From Mobula hypostoma (taxonomy: Eukaryota), in the NCBI RefSeq assembly GCF_963921235.1, contig NC_086097.1, positions 61,320,001 to 61,384,000 on the forward strand: a stretch of 64,000 nucleotides of DNA. The letters are read 5' to 3'. Positions 11,425-24,500 of the stretch are shown here, one piece after another. The notes beneath the pieces were generated by a model. The model was not told where the DNA came from. It was given only the letters and a program-made list of their open reading frames with translations, and did no database searches. The stretch's first letter is position 1; every line of letters starts with the position of its first letter. The translations under genes were made by a program, and so were the position numbers.

Positions 11425-13178
11425 ACTTCCCCGGATCCCATGCCTTTTTGAATAAGCCTACCGTGTGGAACCTTGTCAACTGCCTTACTAAAATCCATAT
11501 AGATCACATCCACTGCACTACCCTCATCTATATGCCTGGTCACCTCCTCAAAGAACTCAATCAGACTTGTTAGATATGATCTGCCCTTCACAAAGCCATG
11601 CTGACTGTCCCTGATCAGACCATGATTCACTAAATGTCTATAGATTCTATCTCTAAGAATCTTTTCCAACAGTTTTCCCACCACAGACGTAAGGCTCACT
11701 GGTCTATAATTACCTGAACTATCCCTACTAACTTTTTTGAACAAGGAGATAACATTCACCTCCCTCCAATCTTCCGGTACCATTCCCGTGAACAACAAGG
11801 ACATAAAGATCCTAGCCAGAGGCTCGACAATCTCTTCCCTCGCCTCGTGGAGCAGCCTGGGGAATATTCCATCAGGCCCCTGGGACTTATCCGTCCTAAT
11901 GTATTTTAACAACTCCAACACCTGCTCTCCCTTAATATCAACATGCTCCAGAACATCAATCTCACTCATATTGTCCTCACCATCATCAAGTTCCCTCTCA
12001 TTGGTGAATACCGAAAAAAGTATTCATTGAGGACCTCGCTCACTTCCACAGCCTCCAGGCACATCTTCCCACCTTTATCTCTAATCGGTCCTACCTTCAC
12101 TCCTGATATCCTTTTGTTCTTCACATAATTGAAGAATGCTTTGGGGTTTTCCTTTACCCTACTCACCAAGGCCTTCTCATGCCCCCTTCTTGCTCTACTC
12201 AGCCCCTTCTTAAGCTCCTTTCTTGCTTCCCTATGTTCCTCAATAGACCCATCTGATCCTTGCTTCCTAAACCTTATGTATGCTGCCTTCTTCCACCTGA
12301 CTAGATTTAACACCTCACTTGTCACCCATGGTTCCTTCACCCTACCATTCTTTATCTTCCTCATCAGGACAAATTTATCCCTAACATCCTGCAAGAGATC
12401 TCTAAACATCGACCACAGGTCCATAGTACATTTCCCTGCGAAAACATCATCTCAATTCACACCCGCAAGTTCTAGCCTTATAGCCTCATAACTTGCCCTT
12501 CCCCAATTAAAAAATTTCCTGTCCGCCCTGATTCTATCCTTTTCCAAGATAATGCTAAAGACCAGGGAGCGGTGGTCACTGTCCCCCAGATGCTCACCCA
12601 CTGAGAGATCTGTGACCTAACCTGGTTCATTACCTAGTACTGGATCTAGTATGGCATTCCCCCTGGTCGGCCTGTCCACATAGTGTGACAGGAATCCATC
12701 CTGGACACACTTAACAAACTCTGCCCCATCTAAACTCTTGGAACTAATCAGGTGCCAATCGATATTTGGGAAGTTAAAGTCACCCATGATGACAACCCTG
12801 TTATTTTTGCACCTTTCCAAAATCTGCCTCCCAATCTGCTCCTCTGTATCTCTGCTGCTACCAGGGGGCCTATAGAATACCCCCAATAGAGTAACTGCTC
12901 CCTTCCTGTTCCTGACTTCCGCCCATACTGACTCAAAAGAGGATCTTACTACATTACCCACCCTTTCTGTAGCTATAATAGTATCCCTGACCAGTAATGC
13001 CACCCCTCCTCCCCTTTTCCACCCTCTCTATCCCTTTTAAAGCACTGAAATCCAGGAATATTGAGAATCCATTCCTGCCCTAGTGCCAACCAAGTCTCTG
13101 TAATGGCCACTACATCATAATTCCATGTATGTATCTAAGCTCTCAGTTCATCACCTTTGTTCCTGATGCTTCTTGCTT
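10346..13178 (-). mobile_element. CR1 LINE, 5'-truncated, ORF2 broken by stops and frameshifts
   Basis: ORFs 12617..13003 (APE: YRPP, GDFN), 11966..12424, 11340..11969 (YRPVSL, QHGF, DFSKAVD) and 10318..11424 (GVPQGS, FADD). It has a (TTCTATG)n tail. Confidence 0.95.
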
Positions 13179-13324
13179 TAGATGAAAAAAAAAAGAAAAT
13201 ATATATCCCCTACAATCTCAGGGTAACCGGATGGGAAGAAGTCAGAAAAATATCAAAACAGTCTTTCAAATTTTGTAATGATTAATGACTAACAGACAAA
13301 TTACTTTGGAGTAGTTTTAGAATA

Positions 13325-14270
13325 GCAGGCATCGATCATACCAGTGCCCAAGAAGAACATGGAAATCTCTTTCAATGACTACTGTCCAGTATGCACTTCC
13401 ATCCACACTGATGAAGTGCTTCAACAAGTTGGTCATGAAGCATATCAGCTCCTGCCATGAAGTAAACTGGATCCTCTCCAATGTGCTCACCCTCATAATA
13501 GGTCAATGTAAGATATCATTGCCTTGACTCTTCACTCATTCCTGGAACAACTTGACAATGAAGATACATGTACCAGGATGTCCTTCATTGACTACACCTC
13601 AGCATTTTTATCCCCTCAAAGCTCATTACTGCGTTCCAAGATCTGGGCCTTAGTATATTCTTACGCAACTGACTCTTTGATTTCCTCACTGGCAGAACCT
13701 AATTGGTATGGATCTCCTCCAAGCTCACCATCAGCTCAAGTACATCACAGGGCCGTGAGCTCAGCTCCCTGCCCTACTCACTTAATATTTACAAATGTAT
13801 GATTAAGTACAGTTACAAGGCCATATTTAACTTTATTGATGACACCACTGTTGATGGCCTAAACAAAGGTAAATAAGAATCAGAATATAGGAGGGAGATT
13901 GAAAATTAAATGGTGCCACAACAACCTTTCACTCAACAGCAGCAAAACTGAAGTGATATCTATTGACTGCAGGAGGAAGAATTTGGAGGTCCATGAGCCA
14001 GACATCTCATTAGGGGAACAAAAGTGGAGAGGGTCAATTGCTTCAAAAGCCTTGGTGTTCACATATCAGAGCATTTGTATTGGAACCAGTTCGTAAGTGT
14101 TATCACAAAGAATGCATGACAACACCTCTACTTTTTTAGAAGTTCACATAGATTTGACATGTCATCTAAAGCTTTGACAAACTTCTATAGCTGGACAGTG
14201 AAGTGTATGCAGACTAGTCGCATCATTGCCTGGTATGGAAGCACCAATGCCCAGGAATTGAAAAGTCCAT
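13325..14270 (+). mobile_element. Rex1/Babar-type LINE RT fragment
   Basis: LEQLDNEDTCTRMSFIDYTSAF and KWCHNNLSLNSSKT motifs. Confidence 0.75.
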
Positions 14271-14404
14271 AAGCCAGACAAATATGAAGGCACAATTTTT
14301 CTTGAGTCCCTCAGCATTGAAAGCATCACTCACTCAGGTTAAACCTGGACAACAAGATGCCTTTCACGGGGTAGGTAGCATCTGATGGCAATATCCTATA
14401 ACAG

Positions 14405-16245
14405 TGCCTCTGGATGTGGAAGGAGGATTTGCCTAGTGTAGACTGGGAACATAGGCTATATGGCGGGAAGGCTGAGGAACTGTGGAAGACTTTCAGAGAG
14501 ATTTTTTACAGTGCTCAACAAAAGTATATTCCAGTTAAAGGCAAGGTCAGTAATGGTGGGGAGAGCCAGCCTTGGATAACTTAGGAAATAAAGAAGACAC
14601 CAAACTAAAAGCATCTGCATACAAAGTTACCAAGATTAGTTGGAAACTGGAAGATTGGGAAAACTTTAAAAAGCAACAAAGAATCACTAAGCAACCAATA
14701 AAGAAAGGGAAGCTAGATTATGTAAAGAAATCTCGCACAAAATATAAAAATAGATAGTAAAAGCTTTTATAATTATATGAAGTGGGAAAGGGTGGCTAAA
14801 GTGAATGTAAGTCACTTGGAGGATGAGAAGGAGGAATTGATATTGGGTAATGAGGAAATGGTGGAGGCTTTGAATGACTATTTTGTGTTGGTCTTCACAG
14901 TGGAGGACACGTCTAACATGCCATGGGAGATGAGGACCTCGATACATTAGCTAACGCTAAAGAGATAATGCTGAGCATACTTATGGGCCTGAAGATGGAT
15001 AGTCCCCTGGTCCTGATGGAATGCATCCCAAGGTACTGAAAGAAATGGCAGAAATTATAATAGAGGTTTTGGTGATAATTTACCAAAATTGTCTGGACTC
15101 TGGGCAGGTCCTGGCTGATTGGAGACTGCGAATGTCATGCCACTGTTCAGAAAAGGATGTAGGCAAAAGGCAGGGAACTATAGACCAGTTAGTTTAAAAC
15201 CTATAGTAAGGCAAATGCTTGAAGCTATCATTAAAGAAGAAATGGTGAGGCATCTGGAAAGAAGTGGATCCATCAGGCAGATGCAACATGAATTCAGCAA
15301 AGACATGTCCTGTTTAACAAACTTACTGGAGTTCTTTGAGGATATAATGAGCACAATGGATAGAGGGGAACAGATAGACATTACTTACTTGGATTTCCAG
15401 AAAGCATTTGATAAAGTGCTGCAGAAAAGACATCCATAAGATAAGGATACATGGAGTTGGGGGTGATGTATTAGTATGGATAGTGATTGGTTAACTAATA
15501 GAAATTAGGGAGATGGGATACATGGGTGTTTCTCAGGTTGGCAGTCAATGGTGAGCGGTATGCCACAGTGGTCGATACTGGGCCCACAACTGTTCTTGAT
15601 ATACATTAACAATTTTGAAAAGGGGATCGAGTGTAGTGTACCTAAGTTTGTTGTTGATACTAAATTGAGTGGAAAAGCAAATTGTGCATAAGATATGGAG
15701 AGTCTGCAGAGAGATATAGATAGGTTAAGTGAGTGGGCAAAGGTCTGGCAGATGGAATACAGCATTGGTAAATGCAAAATCATCCGCTTCGGAAGGAGAA
15801 ATGAAAGAACAGTTTATTATTTAAATGGTAAAAAATTGCAGCATGCTACTGTGCAGGGGCACTTGGGAGCGCTTGTGCATGAAAAGGATAGATAGATAGA
15901 GGCAGAAAAGTTGTTTCCACTGGTAGATGAAATTAGAACTAGGGGACATAGCCTCAAGATTCGGGGGAATAGATTTGGGACGGAGATGAGGAGGAACTGC
16001 TTTTCCCAGAGAGTAGTGAATCTGTGGAATTCTCTGCCCAATGTAGCAGTGGAGGCTACCTCAGTAAGTATATTTAAGACAAGGTTGGATAGATTTTTGC
16101 ATAGTAGGGGAATTAAGGGTTATGGGGAAAAGGCAGGTAGGTGGAGATGAGTCCGTGGCCAGATCAGCCATGATCTTATTGGATGGTGGAGCAGGCTCGA
16201 CGGGCCAATTGGCCTACTCCTGCTCCTATTTCTTATGGTCTTATG
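14405..16245 (+). mobile_element. CR1 LINE, decayed, with an internal deletion near 15885
   Basis: ORFs 15119..15439 (GNYRPVSL, DFQKAFDKV), 15695..15895 and 15911..16150 (RTRGHSLK..RVVNLWNSLP). It has a TCTTATGG tail. Confidence 0.9.
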
Positions 16246-16679
16246 TTTTGGGCACTGGAATCCAGGCCTGGTGTGGGATTGCTGTATTGAGACAGTGTGT
16301 TGATTGATAATGGTGAACTAGTGCCAATGGTTTCCTGTTGCTTTGAGATCATGTGCTCCTATTAACACACAACTCCCTCTTGGTAAGCGTACATTGCTGG
16401 ATGAATCGTGGGTTCACCCATCCTGTCAGAAATTGTAGAGGAAGCTTGACCTAAAAGCAGAGCATCAATTTAACAGTAAAAAAGTTTTAATAATAAGCTG
16501 CAAAATAACACGCCACAAGGGATCACAAAATAAGAGGGAACAGATACTTAACACAACTAGGTGAAAAGGGAACTGAAAGCTAGGAGCAACTGGTTCAGAC
16601 TGACTTCTTTGATCAGAGAACGAGGATTGCGGATGAGAACTGGGTTTAAATAGGCTGCAGGTGATCTGTTGGAAACAAA

Positions 16680-17575
16680 GTTCAAATTTCAAAGTACATT
16701 TATTATCAAAGTATGTTTACAACATACAACCTTGAGATTTGTCACCTTACAGGCAGCTACATAACAAAGATAGCTAACAGAAACCATTAAAAATGACTGT
16801 CAAACTCCCAATGTGCAGAAAAAAACGATGCAAACTATAATAATAAGCGAATACAATTCAGAAGTGAACTTCATGCAAGTGAATCTACAGCCACAAAGCC
16901 AGTCACAGCTGATTCAGCAGCCCATTGGTTGCAGCCACAGCGACAGATCAGCACAGAGATGAGTAAACCTTGCAGGGTAGTGAGCTGAACACCAGCCTGT
17001 CCCTCACTTCCAGCCCCAACATCGTGACCTTTACAATTTGGCCTGAACCTTAAATCGGACAAATAGAGGGTCATTTCCCACTCCTGGACCCAGGCCCTGC
17101 TGCTTCAATACGTTCACAGACCCGGGACCCACAACCTCGATTTGGCCCCTACCTGGGCTTTACAATTCAGCCCAATGCTTAAATCAGTCAAAACTCGGCT
17201 TGTTCCTCAATCTGGGCCCAAGACCAGCTGCCTTGACTCTGCTTCACCTGATTCTGCCACAACGAATCACCTCCGAGTCTGCTCCAGCAGCTAAACATTG
17301 GTTCATGCACACTCTTGGGCCTGGGCTCCGCCACCTTGAACTGGTCCATACATGCCACGCCACAACTGTCCTACAGTGTTGGGAGTTTGGTTCACATCAC
17401 AAAAAATGCCAGGTTGTACAGGCGGTTCAAAAGCTCAACTCTGAAATGGAAGTTACAGGCTATTCATTGGAGTTAGCATGTTTGAGAAAAAAGTGTGATT
17501 ACTAAGGTAGTTAATAGTTGTGTTTGTTGCTGGCAAGTCATTGCTGTGCCTCACCAGCTCCATCTTAAACCAGAA
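16680..17575 (-). mobile_element. Non-autonomous Rex1-associated element
   Basis: Shares the TTCAAAG tail and 3' segment with 73-300, 44000-44200, 53488-53760 and (inverted) 35087-35422. Ends in CCATCTTAAACC, i.e. AAGATGG at its 5' end. Confidence 0.6.
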
Positions 17576-18564
17576 TCAGAGTAGCAGGTACTCCAGTTAG
17601 CTGGGTGGAGACTCGGGGTGCCTGCATGTGCAGGCCCGACATATCCCACTGGTCTTTGTTAGAAATGTACTACTTATCATTGGGTAGGTTGGAATGAAGC
17701 AAGTGAATAATGGTGGAATGATATTAAAGGAGAATTATCATCTGAGCCAATGGTAGTGGGCAATTTTAGAAGAATAAAGAAGGTCATAGTGTCAAAACCA
17801 AAAGATTGCACCAACTAAGGACATTTTATTCAAAATTTTGTAACATGCTTGAATAATGAAAATATTACAAAATACCAGACAATTCCTTTAGGCATAGTGC
17901 AGTTTTCAGTAATAGCATTAACTTTATTTGGCATATCCTTGGAAGATTTTCATAAGATCAGTAAAGAAATAGTGAAGCAAACACGTTTAATCATAGCTTA
18001 TCATCCTCAGACGTTGTTAGAAATATTTTTCAGTTCTGCATTCTGACAATGTTAAGTCTCACTGGGACACTGAAGAAAAACAGATTTGATAGTATTATAA
18101 TATGAGGAGAAATTGCCGCTATGTGTCATAGATTAGCTGATTTTTCACAGAGACAAAGCCATGATGTGCTCTTAGGACTCTCAGATAGGCTCTGCAAGCT
18201 CTTCTTCCCACACAATCTTTTGCAAAAACAAGGAAACAGCATGAATGAATACTTTCTTGGAAATACTCATACATTTCATGAATGTTCAGTAAAAACGAAT
18301 TAAATATTAGCATTATCTGTATCAACTGGCATTATTCTGGACATAAACAGATAAAAAGTACAACCAAATTGCTCATATTCTTTGTTCAGTTGAGATATAT
18401 AGAACAATAGAATCACAGAAACATATAGCATAGAAAAAGGCCTTTCAGCCCATTCATCCATGCTGACTATTTCTACACTAATTCAATTTGCCTGTATTAT
18501 CCCTCCAAGCCTTTCCTGTCTAAGTACTTGTCTAAATGCCTTTTAAAGGCTGTAATTGTAGTGA

Positions 18565-20360
18565 CCTCTGTACCTCCCTTTGCAACTGGATCCTTGATAT
18601 CTTCATCAGGAGACCACAGAGCATCCGGATCAGAAGTAATAACTCCTCCTTGTAGAGGTAATTAATAGTGTTATTCCTCTGCAACTCAGTTCGCCACTCC
18701 CACATGGGAGGAGTTCACATACAGGGGATCAATAAAGTTCAGTTAAGTATCATGCATGCTGGTATCCTGATGTGCCCTGCACTATTCCACAATAATGAAC
18801 ACAACACTCCTCACTGAGAATCAATGCAAGTGCACCCCAAGGTGAGCAGCTTAGTCCACTGCTCAGCTCTCTTGATACTCATGACTGTATGGCAAGGCAT
18901 AACTTGAACACTATCTATAAATTTGCCGATGATGCAACTGCTGTTGGCAGAACTTCAGATGGTAACGAGGGCTTGTACAAAAGTGAGATAGACTAGTTGG
19001 TTGAATGGTGTCACAACTATTGCCTTATACTCGATTGTGGACTTCCGGAAGGAGAAGAGGGGAATTGAGGAGGCTGTACACCAGTCCTCCTCGAAGGGTC
19101 CGAGGTGGAAAGGGTGGGCAGTTTCAAGTTCCTGGCGGCATCTCAGAGAATCTATCCTGGGCCCATTATATTGATGCAATCATGAAGAAGGCACGCCAGT
19201 GGCTATATGGTGTTAAGAGTTTGAGTAGATTTAGTATGGCACCAAAGACTCTTGCAAATTTCTACAAACGTGCCATGGAGAACATTATCACTAGTTTATT
19301 ACCGCCTTGTATGGAAGCACCAGATCACAGGATCGGAAATAGCTGGCGAGATTTGTAAGTGCAACCAGATCCATCAATGCCTCCCAAGCACTGAGAACAT
19401 CTTTAATAGGCCAAGCTTCTTGAAGGCGGCATCCATCATTAAGGATCCTCACCATCCAGGACATAGCCTCTTCTCATTGCTACCATTGGAGAGGAGGTGC
19501 AGGAGCCTGAAGGAGCCTCAACATTTTAGGAACAGTTTCTTCTTCTCTGCCATCAGATTTCTGAAATGACCGTGAATCTATGAACACTGCCTCACTAGTT
19601 TGTTCTCTTTTTGCCCTAGTTATTTATATTTCTCATTGAAACTTATAGTATACTTTATGTACTGAACTGCACTGCTACAACAAAACAACAAATTTGGCAA
19701 CATATATCAATGATAACCCTGATTCTGATTCCACTGCCTCCTTGAGAAGTCTGTTCAATAGAAACACCACTTTGACAAACGTCCATAGATGCACTGTGAA
19801 GAGTATCCTAACTGGTTGTATTTCAGCCTGGTGTAGAAACACCAATGCCCAAGACTGGAAAAGCCTATAAAAAATGCTGGACACAGTCCAATTCATCACC
19901 GGAAAAGCACTGGCCACGACTGAACACCTCTATAAGGAGCACTGCCACAAGAGAGCAGCATTTGTCATCAAAGACCTCCACCATCCAGGCTGTGCTACTA
20001 CCACCAGGCAGGAGGTGGGGAGGCCTTTGATCCCACACCACAGGTTTCAGATAATTTATTACCCTACAACCATCAGGCTCCAGAACTGTCGCGGATAGCC
20101 TCATTCACAACTACACTGACCTGATTCTACAACCTCTAAGTTCACTCTCAAGGACTCATTACATCTTATGTTCTCAGCATTATTTTTATAGTCGCAGTTG
20201 CCTACTTATGCACATTGGTGATTGGCAGTCTTTGTTTACGGATAGTTCTTCCAAAAATTCTATTGTTTCTTTTTTCTGTCAGTCCCTGAAAGAAAATTAA
20301 TCTCAAGGGAGTATAAATTAACATATACATACTTTGATAGTAAACTTACTTTGAACTTTG
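18565..20360 (+). mobile_element. Two tandem Rex1/Babar-type LINE 3' fragments
   Basis: KFADD-like coding sequence at about 18920. AASIIKDPHHPGHSLFSLLP (19252..19569) and AAFVIKDLHHPG (19874..20098). Tails at about 19730 and 20355. Confidence 0.8.
18651..18806 (+). mobile_element. Short (156 bp) solo LTR
   Basis: TGTAG...CAACA termini, internal AATAAA, and a 5-bp TSD CTCCT (18646-18650, 18807-18811). It splits a colinear Rex1 sequence. Confidence 0.75.
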
Positions 20361-20789
20361 GACTTTTAACTGCCTGTGGTAAAACCTACTGTCCAGCTCA
20401 CCTTTATGTTTCCCCATCTCACCTTAAAACCTATGCCTTTTATTTCTAGACTCCCTTACCTTAGCCGGTCGTGGCTGATGGGTAGTGGTTTGGGGTAGTG
20501 CATGGGGAATACTGACTATCCTTTATTGTCCTTCATAATTTTATAAACTTTTATAATATCACTCCTCCTCAGCTTCCTATGAGACAGTGACAAAAACTTC
20601 AGACTCTTCAATCTCTCCTTGTAACTAAAGCTCTGCATTCTAGACAACATCCAGGTGAATATCTTCTGCATTCAGAACTGTCCAGAATATTATCCATTTT
20701 ATTCCCCTTGGTTCAGTCCATTCCCATGTACATCCACGGAACTTCACATGCTCTTGCTCTTCTCAATAACTTTCAATTCCCTGCCCTGA

Positions 20790-21870
20790 ATGCCTCACTT
20801 TTGTCATAGATGTGCATTTTCTATACATGACTGTTCCCCATCAAGAAAACCGTTAAAGCTCTCCAGATCTTTCTTGGAACTAGTTTCCCTCCGTCACCAC
20901 CATATGGCAGAATTGGTCCTTGAACTCAACAATTTCTCTTATGGCTCCTCCTACATTTTCCAAACTCAAGGTGCAGCCATGGGCACCTGCATGGGCCCCA
21001 GCTATATCTGCCTTTTTACTGGCTACATGGAGCAGTCTATATTCCAAGCCTTCCCTGTTAATGCTCCCCAACTTTTTCTGCGCTACATTGATAACTGCAA
21101 TGGGACAGCTTCATGCACCCATGCTCTCATCAATTTAATCAACTTTGTAACATCTTCCACCCTGTCCTCAAATTCACTTGATCCAATCCTGACACCTCTC
21201 TTCACTCGCTTGATTCTTCTGTCACCATCTCTCGAGACAAGCTGTTTACCTATATCTTTTACAAACCTACTAACTCCCATAGCTACCTTTTTACATCCTG
21301 ACTCCTGTAAAAATGCCATTTCCTTCTCTCTTTTCCTTCAACTCCACCTCTTCTGTTCCCAGGATGAGGCTTTCCTTTCCAGGACATCAGAGATGTCCTC
21401 TTTCTTCAAAGAACAGGGATTTCCTTCTTCCAACATTGATGCTGCCCTCACCTGCATCTCTTCCATTTCCTGAACATCTGCCCTCACTCCATCTTCCTGG
21501 CAGCTTAACAGGGATAGAATTTCTTTTATCTTCCCCTGTCACCCTGTGAGTCTCCACATCGAGCACTTCATTCTGTTCAAAGCCACCTTACCACCACTCT
21601 CTGGTTTCCACAGGGATGGCTCTCTCCATGATTTCCTTGTCCATTTGTTCATCCACACTAGTCACCCTCCTGGCAAGTGAAAAAAGTGCTGCATCTGCCC
21701 ATTCACCTCCTCGCTCACCTCCATTCAGGGCTCCGAACAGCCCTTCCAGGTGAGGCCACACTTCACCTGCAAATCTATTGGGGTCGTCCTCTGTATCCCG
21801 TGCTTCTGATGCAGCCTCTTCTACATTGGTGAGAATGCTTTGTTGAGCCCATCTGCTGCATGCACAAAAA
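20790..21870 (+). mobile_element. Penelope-like element fragment (RT plus GIY-YIG endonuclease remnants)
   Basis: ORF 20790..21473 (GAAMGTCMGP, FLRYIDNC) parallels ORF 60752..61795. About 21760-21835 reads HFTCKSIGVVLCIPCF*CSLFYIGE, a GIY-YIG-type motif. Confidence 0.85.
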
Positions 21871-21884
21871 GCAGTATTTGCATA

Positions 21885-22645
21885 GACTGTCTTCTAAATA
21901 GAGAGAAAATTCAAAAATATGAGGTGCTAGGGACTTGGGAGTGTCATGCAGAATTCCCTAAAGGTTAATTTGTAGGTTGAACTGGTGGTGAGGATGGCAA
22001 ATGCAATGTTAGTATTCATTTCGAAAGGACAAAGATCTAAATGCAAGGGTGATTTGTTGAGGTTTTATCAGACGCTGGTGAGGCCTCACATGGAGAATTG
22101 TGAGCAGTTTTGGGCCTCTTAAATAAGGAAGGATGTGCAGACATTGGAGAGGTTTTAAATGATGCTCATAAAAATTATCCTGGGATTGAAGGTTTACGAT
22201 ATGATGGGTGTTTGATGGCCCTAGTTCTGTACTCACTGGAATTTAGAAGATATCATTGAAACCTATCGAATAGAATAAAAAAAGGCCTCAATAGATTGGA
22301 TATGGAAAGGATGTTTCCTATGGTGGGGAATTCTAGGACTAGAAGGCACTGCCTCAGAATTGAGGGAAGTCCATTTAGAACAAAAATGAGGAGGAATTTC
22401 TTTAGCCAGAGAGTGAGGAGTCTGTGAAATTCATTGCCACAGGCAGCTATGGAGGTCAAGTCATTTGGTATATTTAAGGCAGAGGTTGATAGATTCTTAA
22501 TCAGTCAGAGCATGAAGCATTATTGGGATAAGGCAGGAGCTTGGGGTTGAGAGGAAAATTGGATCAGCCATAATGAAATGGCTGAGAAGATTCGATGGCC
22601 CAAATGCCCTAATTCAGCTCCTATAGCTTATGATATTGTGGTCTA
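21885..22645 (+). mobile_element. CR1 LINE 3' fragment
   Basis: Decayed KANAMLxFIS / LVRPHxE / RRNFFSQRV coding sequence and CR1 3'UTR. Confidence 0.85.
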
Positions 22646-23994
22646 AACAATGCAATACATGATAAATCTGAAATTCTCCACCAAGTGTGGCCTTTCATTG
22701 AAAAGCATATCACACATTTATTTTCACTATTCCATCCATTTGTGGTCACCAATTTTAGGGAGTTCTGAAATAATAGACACGCTTCAATAGAATGACATTA
22801 GTAAATCAAACTAATTTTGATTTATTCTAAAAACTCAATGTAAAATAATATCTAATATAATTTTTTAACAAATAACATCCTCGAACACAAAAGTCCAGGT
22901 TATACTTCGTGATATCTCAAGTGGAATTGGTCCTGCTCAGCCACCTGGATTCCACTCCAGCTCTGTGGGGGAAAAAAACATTCAATGAAAAGAAAGGAGA
23001 GTAACAGCCCAGATAGTTAATAGGTATCCCAAGCTAAGAAAGTATTCAGCCACAACTGAGCAGCAAGATAAGATAAGCAATGCCTGATAAAGGACTGCAT
23101 TCTATTTACTATCACTTGAGATCTTTAATCTCAGATCACTAAGATATAGTTCTGAGAATGTCTTTATTCTGAACTTTATGAATCTCTGGAATTCTCTTTC
23201 CTCTAGGGAGTGAAAGTTTTGTCTATTGGAATATTCAAGATCAGTGAAAATGGTTGAGAAAAAAAAAACTAGAGTCATGGGGATAGAATGAAAAGGCAGA
23301 TCTGGCCCAAAGTTTCAGCCATGTTGCTGTTGAATGATGGAGAGGGTTACCAGGCAACATGACCTACTCCTGGTCTTCGTTAGTTCTTAATAAGTGTCAT
23401 GTATTACTGAAGCTCTGATTCAGGTGTTTCTTTGAGTGTCTGACTCATAAAATATGATGGAAGTTATGAACCTTCACAATTTCTAGCCCATTGCTTTTCT
23501 TTGTGGGAGATTCCACAACTTAAAATCTTTGAATTACAGTCAAGGGAATCTTTTCAACTGTAGTTGCACAGTAAAATATCTTGTATACTACACTCCTGTA
23601 AGATTTATCTGCCTCTCTATAAAAGCCACAATATATTTTATGGAATGCATTCTTAAAAAATGGTGTATTAAGATATCATCAAAGTAAATGAGGCCTGCAC
23701 CAGATCGACACAGTACTAGAAATTCATTGATGTATTAAGCAGAAATATCATTTTGAATAAAGGAAAGCCTCCATTATTAACAAGTCCCTGAGGAAGGTAC
23801 TCAGTTGAGAAAACCAATCAAACAGACAGTGAAAAGCATTTGATAATGGTTACCTTCAATAATATACTGCATAGTTTCAATAAAAGTAACACAAATAATT
23901 TCAGCAGTATAGATCATGATTTTGACATACCATATAAATCAGGTTTACCATATAAATCTTCATATGCAGTATAATAAGAATTACATTTTTCTTT

Positions 23995-24500
23995 TCAGGA
24001 TATTGATATCATTGTTAAGGTCACTGATTGCCCTTGAAAAGGTAGTGAGTAGCCTTCTTGAAAGACTACAGTCTTCTGATGAGGGTAATCCCACAAAACT
24101 GTCATTTAAAGATTGAGGCCTAGTCATCTTGAAAAAAAACCTTTATATTTCCAAATCAGGATGGTATCTGGAAATATAGATCTAATTTTTTCAAGATCTG
24201 TGGATTGGGGTGTTCCCGTGGGCCTGTACGATATTGCCTTTCTTTGTAGTAGTTTATTTGTTTGGTAATTGCTCTCAGAACACGCCGCACAGTGCATTTT
24301 GCAGATGGTATGTTTAGGCACATCATTTATGGAGAATGTAAATGTTCAGAGTGCTCTATAAGATAAGTACTAATCGAACAGGTTGCTTTATCTTCACGTT
24401 ACTAAGCTTCTTCAGTTTTTCGGACCTGAACTCCTATAATCATACAAGCAAGTAGAGATTTTTCCACAAAACTCTTGAGTGGAAGTTTTTGGGGATTTGA
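23995..24500 (-). mobile_element. Old, highly diverged CR1/L2-type LINE 3' fragment
   Basis: ATTGCCCTTGAAAAGGTAGTGAGTAGCCTTCTTGAA resembles a LINE 3' end I recall as common in chondrichthyans. Strongly decayed. Confidence 0.4.

Noticed and set aside
22880..22980. Strong minus-strand splice acceptor (TTTTTTTCCCCCACAG)
   Set aside because: All frames stop within about 20 codons and there is no convincing donor. At most a non-coding exon.
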